64,000 nucleotides of DNA from Clostridia bacterium (GCA_017472695.1 JAFUOQ010000013.1:147945-211944); one strand, 5' to 3'; positions 31,190 to 40,079 are shown, numbered from the stretch's first letter. The notes: generated by a model not told the origin, from the letters alone. Program-made: numbers and translations.

Positions 31190-31960
31190 GTTGTTTGAAA
31201 TTTTCTCGAAAGTTTTTCACAATACCCCTCACTTATACAAGGGAATTCAGAGGGCTTTTGTACAACCAAAAAGCGTACAGTTTACAAATTGTTTACGAGT
31301 GCCCCTCTACTATATCTGCCGTTTCGTAAGGGGATCTTTGCAAGTAAAAAATAAACTTCATCTCACTTTACAAGGGACTTCGCGGGGGTAATTATGCGAA
31401 CAAAATTTTCACCCCTCCACTTATATAAAAGCAGTTTTCAACGTCAAGTGACCACCCTAACTTATAAAATTTTTCTCCTCGCCTATATAAAGGCAACTGT
31501 AAAAGCTTTTTGGTGGGGTGCTTTGCTAAAGTTCCCTCACTTAATAGCCACGAGAACGGCGTTTTGGCTGGGTACTTTTTCAAAAATTCAAAGTATATTT
31601 ACAAATATCCCTCTCAACTAATAGCCTTGGGCGCAATCAAAACTTAAGGCAAGGTGGTATAAAATGTTTTTGCCTACACCTATATAAAAGTAAAATTTCG
31701 ATCAAAACTTATACGTTTGAGATAAGTTTCTTCAAAAAATATGAATCCTCCTACTTATGTAAAAGCTGCTTTTTCATAAAAAGTACACGGTCTAATCGAA
31801 AAATTCACAAATTGTTTTCGTATTCGCATCTACTTATAACCTGCCATTTGGCATTCCAATTTGAAAGGCTCTGCCATATATAACCACACAGCGGTTATTG
31901 TGTTTTGGAACTGTTTTTCAAAATACACGGAACAATCTTTCTACTTAATAGCCTTGGGAA
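31190..31960. repeat. Non-coding array of about 13 degenerate direct repeats (iterons), consensus roughly CCCTCnACTTATAnAAgg
   Basis: Copies start near 31225, 31302, 31358, 31412, 31452, 31475, 31532, 31608, 31671, 31745, 31824, 31870 and 31935. Many are preceded by a TTTTCAC/TTCACAAATTGTTT-like half-site. There is no credible ORF. Confidence 0.7.
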
Positions 31961-32002
31961 CAAGCAATTTCGTAGGTGGAATTTCATTATTACCGCCCGA
32001 AA

Positions 32003-32050
32003 ACAAAAAAAGCCGCTATCGCGGCGTGGTAATCACGCTTTGATAGCGGC
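32003..32050 (-). terminator. Terminator of hsdR
   Basis: Compound hairpin GCCGCTATC..(GCGTG..CACGC)..GATAGCGGC, followed on the minus strand by a T run (A run at 32003-32011 on the plus strand). Confidence 0.6.
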
Positions 32051-32061
32051 ATATTTAATTG

Positions 32062-35000
32062 TTACATCATAAACTCTGCCTGATCTACTACGCGGGAAAT
32101 TGCTTCTTCGGAGTATTCCGGCGGATAGTTATACTTTTTGAGCAAACGCTTGATTTGCATTCGCATTTTAGCGCGTGTATCCTTCTTCTTTGACCAATCA
32201 ACCGTTGCATATTCCTCAACGATAGCTTTAAGCTCCATAGCCATAACGCGCAATATATCATCCGACATAAGTTCCATTGCACTCTTGTTTGCTACAAGGG
32301 CATCGTAAAAGGCTCTCTCTCGTCCTGTAAGATTGTTCTTCTTTGCATATGCTTCAGACTCAACCATCTCTTGTGAGAAAGCAATCAAACCAACAATGGT
32401 CATATCCGTCTGCAAGTCATCTTCGCGCGTGTTGTATGCTTCAAGAAGCTTTCTCAGGCGTTCGCTATATTCCTTTGCTTTAACAAGGTTATAACCACGA
32501 TACTCCTTAACCGCCTCTTTCAACAAGCGTTCCATTATCTTGATGAACACGTGCGGAGGTTGAGATTGACGAAGTTTTTCAACCTTTTCTTCGGACAACA
32601 AATCCCAAATATCACGATTTTCTTCCGTGTCCTCAACTTTGGTAAGTATCTTAACCTCATCACCTTTAATTGCTTCTGCAATCAAATCGACAACGTGTTT
32701 GTTGATAGATTCCGGCGTGATATTATGCGGCATATTGCCGCGCTCAACCTTCTGAACGAAGTGGCGAACCGCAAGATAATAAAGGACTTTTTTCTTGTAG
32801 TCTGCATCGAGAATACCGATTGCAACCACGTATGCGTCTTTCAATTGCTTGGTTATCTGTAAGTAAGCTTTCTTCATTTCTTCGGTTGTAAACACAAAGT
32901 CTGCACCGTTTTGAATAGCCTTAAGTCTTACAGAGTTTGAACCATTAAAGAAGCCCTTTTTATCGACCTTATAGAACAACTCGTCAAGAATAGACAGCTT
33001 TTCATCAAGGATAGATTTGGCGGTTTCTTGTATGTCACGGAGATTTAGTTCCTTATCTCTCGCAGTATAGATATTAAGAGCTTCCTCCAAGGAGCGTTTG
33101 ATACCGATATAGTCAACGATCAAACCACTCTCTTTGCCAACGTGAACACGATTTACACGGGCGATAGCCTGCATCAAATTGTGTCCTTTCATTGGCTTGT
33201 CGATATACATAACGTCGAGATCTGTTACGTCAAATCCCGTAAGCCACATATCAACAACAATGACAATCTTTATGCTACCGTCTTTCTTCTTGAACTCTTT
33301 AGCCATATTTTCGCGATAGGCTTTGTCTTTGAACAACTCGCGTTTTTCATCGGTATCCTTATTGCTTTCGGTAACGATAACCGCTATCTCACTCTCTTTT
33401 TCGGGAGCTTGGGCAACGAGTTCCTTGTATAGCTTGTACGCAATATCTCTTGACATACAAACAATCATTGCCTTACCACTGAGAATATCTTTGCGCTCAT
33501 CATAGTGTGCAAGAATATCGGTGGCAAGAAGTCGAAGTCTATCCTTATCTCCTATAATAACTTCCATAGAAGAAAGCTTAGACTTTGATTCTTCGATTAT
33601 ATCATCAGATACGCCCTGCTGTGCAAGATCGTCGTAATAAGCATCAATTTCCTTGAGCTTTCCATCGTCAAGCCAAACCTTTGCCAAACGGCTTTCGTAG
33701 AAAATCTTTACAGTAGAACCATCCTCAACGGATTGTGTCATATCGTAAGTATCTACGGTTTCGCCAAATATAGCTGAGGTCGAGTGATCTCCCGACTCTA
33801 CGGGTGTTCCCGTAAAGCCGATATATGTAGCTTCGGGGAGTGCATCTCTGATATACTTTGCGTATCCGTATTTAGAATACGACGAATATGTACCGTCGGG
33901 ATTTTCTTTTAATACTATCTTTTCGTCTATTCCGTAATGTGATCTGTGTGCCTCATCAGAGATAACTACGATATTGCTTCTATTGTTCGGTACAATATTA
34001 GCTTTGTCAAACTTTTGCAAGGTTGTGAAGATAATACCGCCTTCTTTGACCGCACCTATTTTAGCAAGAAGATCTTCTCTTGATTCTACTTGAACAGGAC
34101 GAGTTCTCAAAAATTCAGCAGCATTGGAAAACGTGGTATAGAGCTGATTATCCAAGTCGTTTCTATCTGTGAGAATAACAACCGTAGGATTGCGCATTTC
34201 TATATCCGTAATCAGCTTGTGTGCAAGCATAACCATAGAGAACGATTTTCCGCTACCTTGCGTATGCCAAACGATACCCGCCTTACCACTTCCTGCAGGT
34301 TTCAAATTCTTTTTAATGCTTTCGTAAGCTTTTTTAACACCGAAATACTGATGGTATTGAGAAAGAATTTTAATGGGCTTCTCTTTATCCTTGTTCATAA
34401 AGAACAAGTTGTTTTTAATAACATCCAACAAACGAGCAGGCTTCAAAAGACCTTCGAGAAGTACGTCGAGCTTATAGGCATAGTTCTTCTTATATCCAAT
34501 CTCGCCATCTACGCTTTTCCATTCGTTATAGCGCGTAATATCGCTTGTAAGAGTACCAACCTTGTTGTTTGCACCATCACTTATAACGAGAAAAGCATTG
34601 TAATTAAACAGCGTAGGAATATCGTATCTGTACCCATCAGATTCGCCGTTACGACCTAACTGCTCGTAAGCTCTTTCAATGAACGTGTCCTCGTTGTATT
34701 CGATAGATTTTAGTTCAAACACAACAAGTGGGATGCCGTTTACAAAAATAATGACATCGGGAATACAGAGATTGCGATTTTCCTTGAATTTAAGCTGATT
34801 TGCAACTTGAAATACGTTCTTCTCTGTGTTGGTGAAATCAAGAAAACGAACAAGAGGGTTTACATCGCTTTCATAATCTTCCACTTGCATACCATCGGTG
34901 AGCCATCTGTGTACGATATGATTACGTTCAAAAAGCGAGGGGTTGTCCAAGTTCTTTAAGCGGCTGATAGCTTGCTCCAACACCGATATTTTAACGCCGG

Positions 35001-35169
35001 GGTTGATAGCCATCAATCTATCAAGAAGAAGTTCTTCGTTTATAAACGAATCGAGGGCGCGCGACAAGCACCATTGATCGGTATCAATGGCGTAATCGTA
35101 ACCTAATTCTTGTAATTGTTCAATTGCCGCTATTTCTAAACTTGATTCTGTAAATTTTATGTCACTCAT
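32062..35169 (-). CDS. hsdR: Type I restriction enzyme R subunit
   Basis: 1035 aa with an N-terminal PD-(D/E)xK region (PDVIIFVNGIPLVVFELK). The helicase motifs are HTQGSGKS, ISDEAHRS, GFTGTP and QAIARVNR. Confidence 0.9.
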   Translation of the reverse strand: MSDIKFTESSLEIAAIEQLQELGYDYAIDTDQWCLSRALDSFINEELLLDRLMAINPGVKISVLEQAISRLKNLDNPSLFERNHIVHRWLTDGMQVEDYESDVNPLVRFLDFTNTEKNVFQVANQLKFKENRNLCIPDVIIFVNGIPLVVFELKSIEYNEDTFIERAYEQLGRNGESDGYRYDIPTLFNYNAFLVISDGANNKVGTLTSDITRYNEWKSVDGEIGYKKNYAYKLDVLLEGLLKPARLLDVIKNNLFFMNKDKEKPIKILSQYHQYFGVKKAYESIKKNLKPAGSGKAGIVWHTQGSGKSFSMVMLAHKLITDIEMRNPTVVILTDRNDLDNQLYTTFSNAAEFLRTRPVQVESREDLLAKIGAVKEGGIIFTTLQKFDKANIVPNNRSNIVVISDEAHRSHYGIDEKIVLKENPDGTYSSYSKYGYAKYIRDALPEATYIGFTGTPVESGDHSTSAIFGETVDTYDMTQSVEDGSTVKIFYESRLAKVWLDDGKLKEIDAYYDDLAQQGVSDDIIEESKSKLSSMEVIIGDKDRLRLLATDILAHYDERKDILSGKAMIVCMSRDIAYKLYKELVAQAPEKESEIAVIVTESNKDTDEKRELFKDKAYRENMAKEFKKKDGSIKIVIVVDMWLTGFDVTDLDVMYIDKPMKGHNLMQAIARVNRVHVGKESGLIVDYIGIKRSLEEALNIYTARDKELNLRDIQETAKSILDEKLSILDELFYKVDKKGFFNGSNSVRLKAIQNGADFVFTTEEMKKAYLQITKQLKDAYVVAIGILDADYKKKVLYYLAVRHFVQKVERGNMPHNITPESINKHVVDLIAEAIKGDEVKILTKVEDTEENRDIWDLLSEEKVEKLRQSQPPHVFIKIMERLLKEAVKEYRGYNLVKAKEYSERLRKLLEAYNTREDDLQTDMTIVGLIAFSQEMVESEAYAKKNNLTGRERAFYDALVANKSAMELMSDDILRVMAMELKAIVEEYATVDWSKKKDTRAKMRMQIKRLLKKYNYPPEYSEEAISRVVDQAEFMM

Positions 35170-35210
35170 ATCGTTTCACCCTCTTAAAACGAATTATTTA
35201 TACAGAATTA

Positions 35211-35239
35211 ATTATATCATAAAATCTGCCATTATTCAA
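35211..35239 (-). promoter_or_regulatory. Sigma-A promoter for hsdR
   Basis: On the minus strand: TTGAAT (35239-35234), a 17 nt spacer, then TATAAT (35216-35211), upstream of the AGAGGGTG RBS. Confidence 0.5.
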
Positions 35240-35294
35240 CTGTAATTTGTTACTTTTATATGCCAATAGCAAAAAACTATAAGAAGTTCATATT

Positions 35295-35900
35295 ATGCCT
35301 ATGGTTGATATTCTCGGAACTTTGGACGATAAGATTGAAAACTTAGAACAAAAAATCCAAACCCTGATTAAAATTTGCGAACTCGATTATAAAGTTCTTA
35401 TCTCGAGAAAAGGTTGTAATGCCTGCCTATCGGATATTGCGTCAGTAGAATCGGGAAAACGACCTATGACCAAAGAAAGCATACCTTCTAATACAACTAA
35501 CATTCCAATTATAGGTGCATCAGATGTTATGGGTTATACAGATAACGTTTTATTTGATGAACCAATTTTGGTAATCGGTCGCGTGGGAACCCACGGTATA
35601 GTTCAACCTATTTTTAAGAGGTGTTGGGCATCAGATAATACGTTGGTTATAAAATCCAAATACTATGCGTATGTCTATAACATCCTGAAAAATATAGATT
35701 ATTCAAGCATTAACAAAGGATCTACACAACCACTAATTACCAAAACCGATATTAGAAACACACCCGTGTATATCCCTGACCTTAATGAATTACTTGCTTT
35801 TGAAGATAAACACTCAATGTTCCTCATTCAAACGTACAAAGATCAAATTGAAAAAACAAAAGAGATAAAGAATCTATTTTTACAAAAATTCTTCGGTTAA
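35295..35900 (+). CDS. hsdS: Silent hsdS half-cassette (central conserved repeat + C-terminal-type TRD + conserved ..QKFFG end)
   Basis: 201 aa. It starts inside the conserved central motif (VDILGTLDDKIENLE) and ends LFLQKFFG. It has only one target-recognition domain. Confidence 0.75.
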   Translation: MPMVDILGTLDDKIENLEQKIQTLIKICELDYKVLISRKGCNACLSDIASVESGKRPMTKESIPSNTTNIPIIGASDVMGYTDNVLFDEPILVIGRVGTHGIVQPIFKRCWASDNTLVIKSKYYAYVYNILKNIDYSSINKGSTQPLITKTDIRNTPVYIPDLNELLAFEDKHSMFLIQTYKDQIEKTKEIKNLFLQKFFG

Positions 35901-35914
35901 TCGCCGGAGAATTT

Positions 35915-36568
35915 TTGTATTTTATCTGCCTTGTAATTGATATTCTCGGAAGTATCGATAATTCTATTGAAAACAACGAGAAATTTGTAGCTAATTTGGA
36001 AACCTACGCTATATCAAAATATCAAGAAATTACAAAAGGCATAAGCGATTTTATCACCCTTGGAGAAATAGTGGATATATATGATTCCAAGCGAAAACCT
36101 CTTTCAAGTCGAGAAAGAGAAAGTCGCAAAGGTAATTACCGTTATTATGGTGCAACAGGCGTACTTGATTACGTTAATGACTATCTTTTTGATGGTGAAT
36201 ACGTGTTGCTTGCTGAGGACGGAACTGTTATCGACGAGAATGGTTATCCTATTGTTCAGCTTGTAACGGGACAGTTTTGGGTAAATAATCACGCTCATGT
36301 TATGCAAGCCAAAGCGGGATATACAAATTATAGTTTGTATGTGGCATTGAAAAAACTTTCGGTTAATACAGCGGTAACAGGTGCAGTACAGTTAAAGATA
36401 AATCAAGCCAACCTCTGTGCATTAGAAATGCCGCGAATTGATGAAAACAAGCTTTTAACTTTCAACCAAGAAATAGAGCCACTATTTTTGAAGATAATAC
36501 ATATAAGAGCAGAGATTGAAAAACTCAAAGAGTTAAAACAACTATATCTCCATAAATTCTTCGGTTGA
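35915..36568 (+). CDS. hsdS: Silent hsdS half-cassette (second C-terminal-type TRD)
   Basis: 217 aa in the track, using a TTG pseudo-start. It begins ..IDILGSIDNSIENNEK, carries one TRD and ends LYLHKFFG. Confidence 0.75.
   Translation: MYFICLVIDILGSIDNSIENNEKFVANLETYAISKYQEITKGISDFITLGEIVDIYDSKRKPLSSRERESRKGNYRYYGATGVLDYVNDYLFDGEYVLLAEDGTVIDENGYPIVQLVTGQFWVNNHAHVMQAKAGYTNYSLYVALKKLSVNTAVTGAVQLKINQANLCALEMPRIDENKLLTFNQEIEPLFLKIIHIRAEIEKLKELKQLYLHKFFG
35937..35959 (+). repeat. Inverted repeat, class 2 (central hsdS repeat), plus-strand copy
   Basis: TTGATATTCTCGGAAGTATCGAT is the exact reverse complement of 38136-38158. The homology continues (ATTGAAAACAACGAGAAA) after 6 nt containing 2 mismatches. 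A shorter 16 bp copy lies at 35304-35319. Confidence 0.85.
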
Positions 36569-36648
36569 CACAATAAAACAATGAAATAAAATCAAACCTC
36601 CTTTACAATATTATTAGCCCAAAATAATATTTTAAGGAGGTTTAACTT

Positions 36649-37455
36649 ATGTTAGACAATTATGAAAAACAATTGCGGCAAACCAATCTCGCGGAGAATA
36701 CGATTACATCGTATCGACACTCTTTGAAGCAGTACATCGAAATGTACGATGGCGTTTTTACAAAGAAAAATCTGCTGTCCTTCAAAGGCTTCTTGATTGA
36801 GAAGTATTCACCTAAGACGGTCAATTTGAGAATACTTGCAATCAACAAATATCTTGAATTTAACAAGATGGAAAAGCTGAAGCTCAAGATGATAAAGGTT
36901 CAGCAGAAAACCTATCTTGAGAACGTAATCAGTGATGCCGATTACAAATTTTTCAAGAACAAACTCAAAAAAGATGGGCGTATGAATTGGTATTTTATCG
37001 TAAGATACCTTGCTGCAACGGGCGCGAGAATATCCGAGCTTGTGCAGATCAAGATTGAGCACGTACATAAGGGGTACATCGATATTTACGGCAAAGGCGG
37101 AAAAGTTCGCAGAATTTATATTCCTAAAACGCTCCGCAACGAAACGATCAAGTGGCTCAATGAAATTGGGCTTGACAGCGGGTACTTGTTCTTGAACCGT
37201 TTTGGAGAGAAAATTACCACCCGTGGTGTTGCTCATCAGTTAAAGATCTTTGCCGCTGAATACGGAATGGATACAAAGGTTATCTATCCCCACTCTTTCC
37301 GTCACCGCTTTGCCAAGAATTTTCTTGAGAAGTATAATGATTTGGCATTCCTTGCTGACTTGATGGGACACGAAAGTATAGAAACCACGCGCATTTATTT
37401 GCGCAAAACCGCCAATGAGCAACAAGAAATCGTAGATAAGGTGGTGACTTGGTAA
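36649..37455 (+). CDS. Tyrosine recombinase (XerC/D-like) embedded in the hsdS locus; presumptive shufflon invertase
   Basis: 268 aa. It has the catalytic ARISEL (Arg I), the HSFRHRFA box and GHESIETTRIYL (His/Arg II/Tyr). Confidence 0.85.
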   Translation: MLDNYEKQLRQTNLAENTITSYRHSLKQYIEMYDGVFTKKNLLSFKGFLIEKYSPKTVNLRILAINKYLEFNKMEKLKLKMIKVQQKTYLENVISDADYKFFKNKLKKDGRMNWYFIVRYLAATGARISELVQIKIEHVHKGYIDIYGKGGKVRRIYIPKTLRNETIKWLNEIGLDSGYLFLNRFGEKITTRGVAHQLKIFAAEYGMDTKVIYPHSFRHRFAKNFLEKYNDLAFLADLMGHESIETTRIYLRKTANEQQEIVDKVVTW

Positions 37456-37464
37456 TCTCATAAT

Positions 37465-37499
37465 AAAAAGTTCTTCGGTTAAAAACCGAAGAACTTTTT
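37465..37499. terminator. Perfect palindrome/hairpin at the convergent 3' ends of the recombinase gene and hsdS
   Basis: AAAAAGTTCTTCGG / loop / CCGAAGAACTTTTT. The right arm encodes the KFFG end of the minus-strand hsdS. The left arm is a plus-strand copy of that same 3' end. Confidence 0.55.
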
Positions 37500-38657
37500 T
37501 AGATAGAGGTGTTTTAACTCACTAAGTTTGGCATTTGTGATTAGCAAATGCTTTATTTTTTTAATCAATGGTTCTGCTATCCTATGAAAATCTACTAATG
37601 TTTCTGTATCGGGATAATAGAACTTCATTGCCTTGATTGTTTTAGAATTAACAGCAGTAGCAATCGATGAAGTGTTGCCAAGCATATCAAAATTATATCG
37701 TTTCAAATAGCAATAGAGATATTCAACAATATTTTCATCGTTGCTCACAAAATGAGCGATGGCTTCGTTTGTTGCCATTTCGCACCCCGTGATAGCAACC
37801 TTACCGATTGTCAATTTGAAGCTGAGTAATACGGTGTTTTCAGGAGCTATTTTTACGTTGTATTTTTCGATGCCTTCTGCCGTGATTTTCTCGCTCGAAT
37901 CAAAGGCAAAGACCTTTGCCTTACCCATATCAGAAATAGATAGCCACTTAACATCTTCGGGATTTTCGGTAAACCAATGCGACTCTTTTCTCGGTGGTGT
38001 TTTGCCTATGGAAATATCAAAAATCTCTTTCATTTCACTTCCTGTAAGTGTAGTGCCCGCGATTAAATGGTCATATTCCAATAGCATTTTTTCTTCCAGC
38101 GCTTCAATGATTTTCTCGTTGTTTTCAATGGAATCATCGATACTTCCGAGAATATCAACTATGTGCGATTGTTCGTCTTGGCTTTCGTGGTAATTTTCCA
38201 AGAGAAAACGCCCGAAATCCTTTATGCTTATCTGAAAAACTGTGCTGCCATTCAAAAGCGTTTGAAGCCTTTTGCGGTTGTGATTGGAAGATAAATAGCG
38301 AAAAATATATTTCAATTCATCTTCTGATTCACAAGTAAGTGCTACGGCGTGTGTACCGTTTATATAGGGTATTCCGTCATACTTTATATATGTGAAATGT
38401 CCCCAATCGCTAACCGTTTCTGTTACATCGGGCACAATGATTGAATCGCAATAAAGCAACTTGTCAGAAGATACTTCATTGGCAAAATTATTGATGATAC
38501 AAGAACTTGGAATAGTTTTGCCACTATAATTTTTGTAAATATCACCGTAATGAACGCATTTTACCCCAACGTTATCTTTGAAAAATTCTCTTGAAGTCGT
38601 TATTGGTTTATGGAATTGTATTTTTTCTTGTAATTTCATAATAAATCCTTTATGCAA
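37479..38657 (-). CDS. hsdS: Type I restriction-modification S subunit, full length (two TRDs)
   Basis: 392 aa, organised as TRD1, then central DEQSHIVDILGSIDDSIENNEK, then TRD2, then the LKHLYLKKFFGF end. Confidence 0.85.
   Translation of the reverse strand: MHKGFIMKLQEKIQFHKPITTSREFFKDNVGVKCVHYGDIYKNYSGKTIPSSCIINNFANEVSSDKLLYCDSIIVPDVTETVSDWGHFTYIKYDGIPYINGTHAVALTCESEDELKYIFRYLSSNHNRKRLQTLLNGSTVFQISIKDFGRFLLENYHESQDEQSHIVDILGSIDDSIENNEKIIEALEEKMLLEYDHLIAGTTLTGSEMKEIFDISIGKTPPRKESHWFTENPEDVKWLSISDMGKAKVFAFDSSEKITAEGIEKYNVKIAPENTVLLSFKLTIGKVAITGCEMATNEAIAHFVSNDENIVEYLYCYLKRYNFDMLGNTSSIATAVNSKTIKAMKFYYPDTETLVDFHRIAEPLIKKIKHLLITNAKLSELKHLYLKKFFGF
38136..38177 (-). repeat. Recombination hub inside the full-length hsdS, where the class 1 and class 2 inverted repeats abut
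   Basis: On the minus strand it reads GACGAACAATCGCACATAGTTGATATTCTCGGAAGTATCGAT. 38153-38177 pairs with 40044-40068 (25/25), and 38136-38158 pairs with 35937-35959 (23/23). Confidence 0.85.
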
Positions 38658-39102
38658 CGTTCCTTATACTATCAACTATGTGCTGTTGCTCGCCTATCGT
38701 TCTATCGGGAATTTCATAAGATAGAAGTGCATTTTTATCGCCTCTTGGCATTTTTGTTCCTTTGGATGATGCAGAAAAACTATCTATAAAACTATCGGTA
38801 GAAATCGCGTAATAGAGATATTGCGAAAGACAATCTTTTTCGTTAGCTCTTATACAAATAACATCATTTGAGCATCCACCATCAAAGCGAGCAAACCACA
38901 CTTTTTTGAAATATGGGCGAATATTAGATAGCAGTACATCGTGTTTAGAAAAACGAGTTACCTTGGTTGAGGGAACGGATGACGAGGCAACAACGCCGCC
39001 GCAATTGCTCAGCATATTTTCAGTAGATATATAATTGTCACGAGTTAAGTTAGCCCCATCAATTTTGGCGGTAATTATTTTTCCAATATTACAAATTTTC
39101 AT
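38650..39102 (-). CDS. hsdS: hsdS N-terminal-type TRD cassette with its own ATG and a stop just after the conserved repeat
   Basis: 150 aa ending EQQHIVDSIRNVA*. It overlaps the start of the full-length hsdS by 8 nt. Confidence 0.7.
   Translation of the reverse strand: MKICNIGKIITAKIDGANLTRDNYISTENMLSNCGGVVASSSVPSTKVTRFSKHDVLLSNIRPYFKKVWFARFDGGCSNDVICIRANEKDCLSQYLYYAISTDSFIDSFSASSKGTKMPRGDKNALLSYEIPDRTIGEQQHIVDSIRNVA
38670..38691 (-). repeat. Inverted repeat, class 1, minus-strand copy
   Basis: Its reverse complement GAGCAACAGCACATAGTTGATA is identical (22/22) to 39541-39562. Confidence 0.85.
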
Positions 39103-39114
39103 ATAAGGTGTCCT

Positions 39115-39582
39115 ATGTTTATTAAAGATTTTGTTTTGTTCAATCCAAAAGGCAAGAAACCGACTGATTATGTCAATTACATTGACACATCCTCTGTTGA
39201 AGATGGTAAGTTACTCGGTATTCAATATCTTACCGACAATATTCCTTCACGTGCTCAACGCGTGATAGAAGAAGGCGACATTTTAATTTCCTCGGTTAGA
39301 CCGATATTAAAGCACAACTATTATGTCAGCCATACTGTTGAGAATGGTATTGCCTCAACGGGCTTTATTCAAATACGAGCTGACAGATTAAAAGTTATCC
39401 CTCAATATTTGTACTATTTTCTTACCGAAGAAAACAAGGTGAAAATGTATCAAACCATAGCAGAAACAAGCCAATCAACCTTTCCGTCTTTTAACAAAGA
39501 TGTCATAGAAAATATGGCTTTTCCGGATGTTTCTTTGGCAGAGCAACAGCACATAGTTGATATTAGGAGGAATATATCGTAA
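39115..39582 (+). CDS. hsdS: hsdS N-terminal-type TRD cassette (inverted orientation)
   Basis: 155 aa ending EQQHIVDIRRNIS*. It is divergent from the 38650-39102 cassette across a gap of only 12 bp. Confidence 0.7.
   Translation: MFIKDFVLFNPKGKKPTDYVNYIDTSSVEDGKLLGIQYLTDNIPSRAQRVIEEGDILISSVRPILKHNYYVSHTVENGIASTGFIQIRADRLKVIPQYLYYFLTEENKVKMYQTIAETSQSTFPSFNKDVIENMAFPDVSLAEQQHIVDIRRNIS
39541..39562 (+). repeat. Inverted repeat, class 1, plus-strand copy
   Basis: GAGCAACAGCACATAGTTGATA, pairing with 38670-38691. Confidence 0.85.
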
Positions 39583-40079
39583 TGACATATAAAACGCTTG
39601 GTGATTTATCAATCAACCTAAAAGGCGAATATGGTATCGGCGCATCTTCTTGTCCGTTGCGTGTTGACTACCCAAGATATATTCGCATAACAGACATATC
39701 TGATGATGGAAGATATTGCCCCGAACCCGCGGTTTCAATCGATCCCTTGGAATATCCCGATTATGCCAAATACTATTTGCGAGAAAACGATATTGTATTC
39801 GCGCGAACGGGAGCAAGTACAGGTAGAAATTATTTTTATGATTCTAACGATGGTGCGTTGGTGTTTGCAGGATTCCTTATTCGCTTTTCAATCAATCCCA
39901 ATCTCGTAAACCCTAAATATGTAAAATACTATTGTCAAACAAAGGGGTATTTTGATTGGATTTCTTCTACAATGACGGGAAGTACAAGGGGAAATCTCAA
40001 TGCTCAATCATATGCAAATCTCAAAATTCCAATGAAATCAACAGACGAACAATCGCACATAGTTGATAGTAAGTGTTAA
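39582..40079 (+). CDS. hsdS: hsdS N-terminal-type TRD cassette (inverted orientation), convergent with hsdM
   Basis: 165 aa ending DEQSHIVDSKC*. Its stop overlaps the hsdM stop tail-to-tail. Confidence 0.7.
   Translation: MTYKTLGDLSINLKGEYGIGASSCPLRVDYPRYIRITDISDDGRYCPEPAVSIDPLEYPDYAKYYLRENDIVFARTGASTGRNYFYDSNDGALVFAGFLIRFSINPNLVNPKYVKYYCQTKGYFDWISSTMTGSTRGNLNAQSYANLKIPMKSTDEQSHIVDSKC
40044..40068 (+). repeat. Inverted repeat, class 1, plus-strand copy
   Basis: GACGAACAATCGCACATAGTTGATA, pairing with 38153-38177 (25/25). Confidence 0.85.

Noticed and set aside
31190-31960. Considered whether the repeat array is a CRISPR locus
   Set aside because: The repeats are only about 18 bp long and highly degenerate. 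Their spacing is irregular (about 23-80 bp) and no cas genes are present. I report it as an iteron-type array instead.
34090-34659. 189-aa plus-strand ORF
   Set aside because: It is antisense to hsdR, so it is a shadow ORF.
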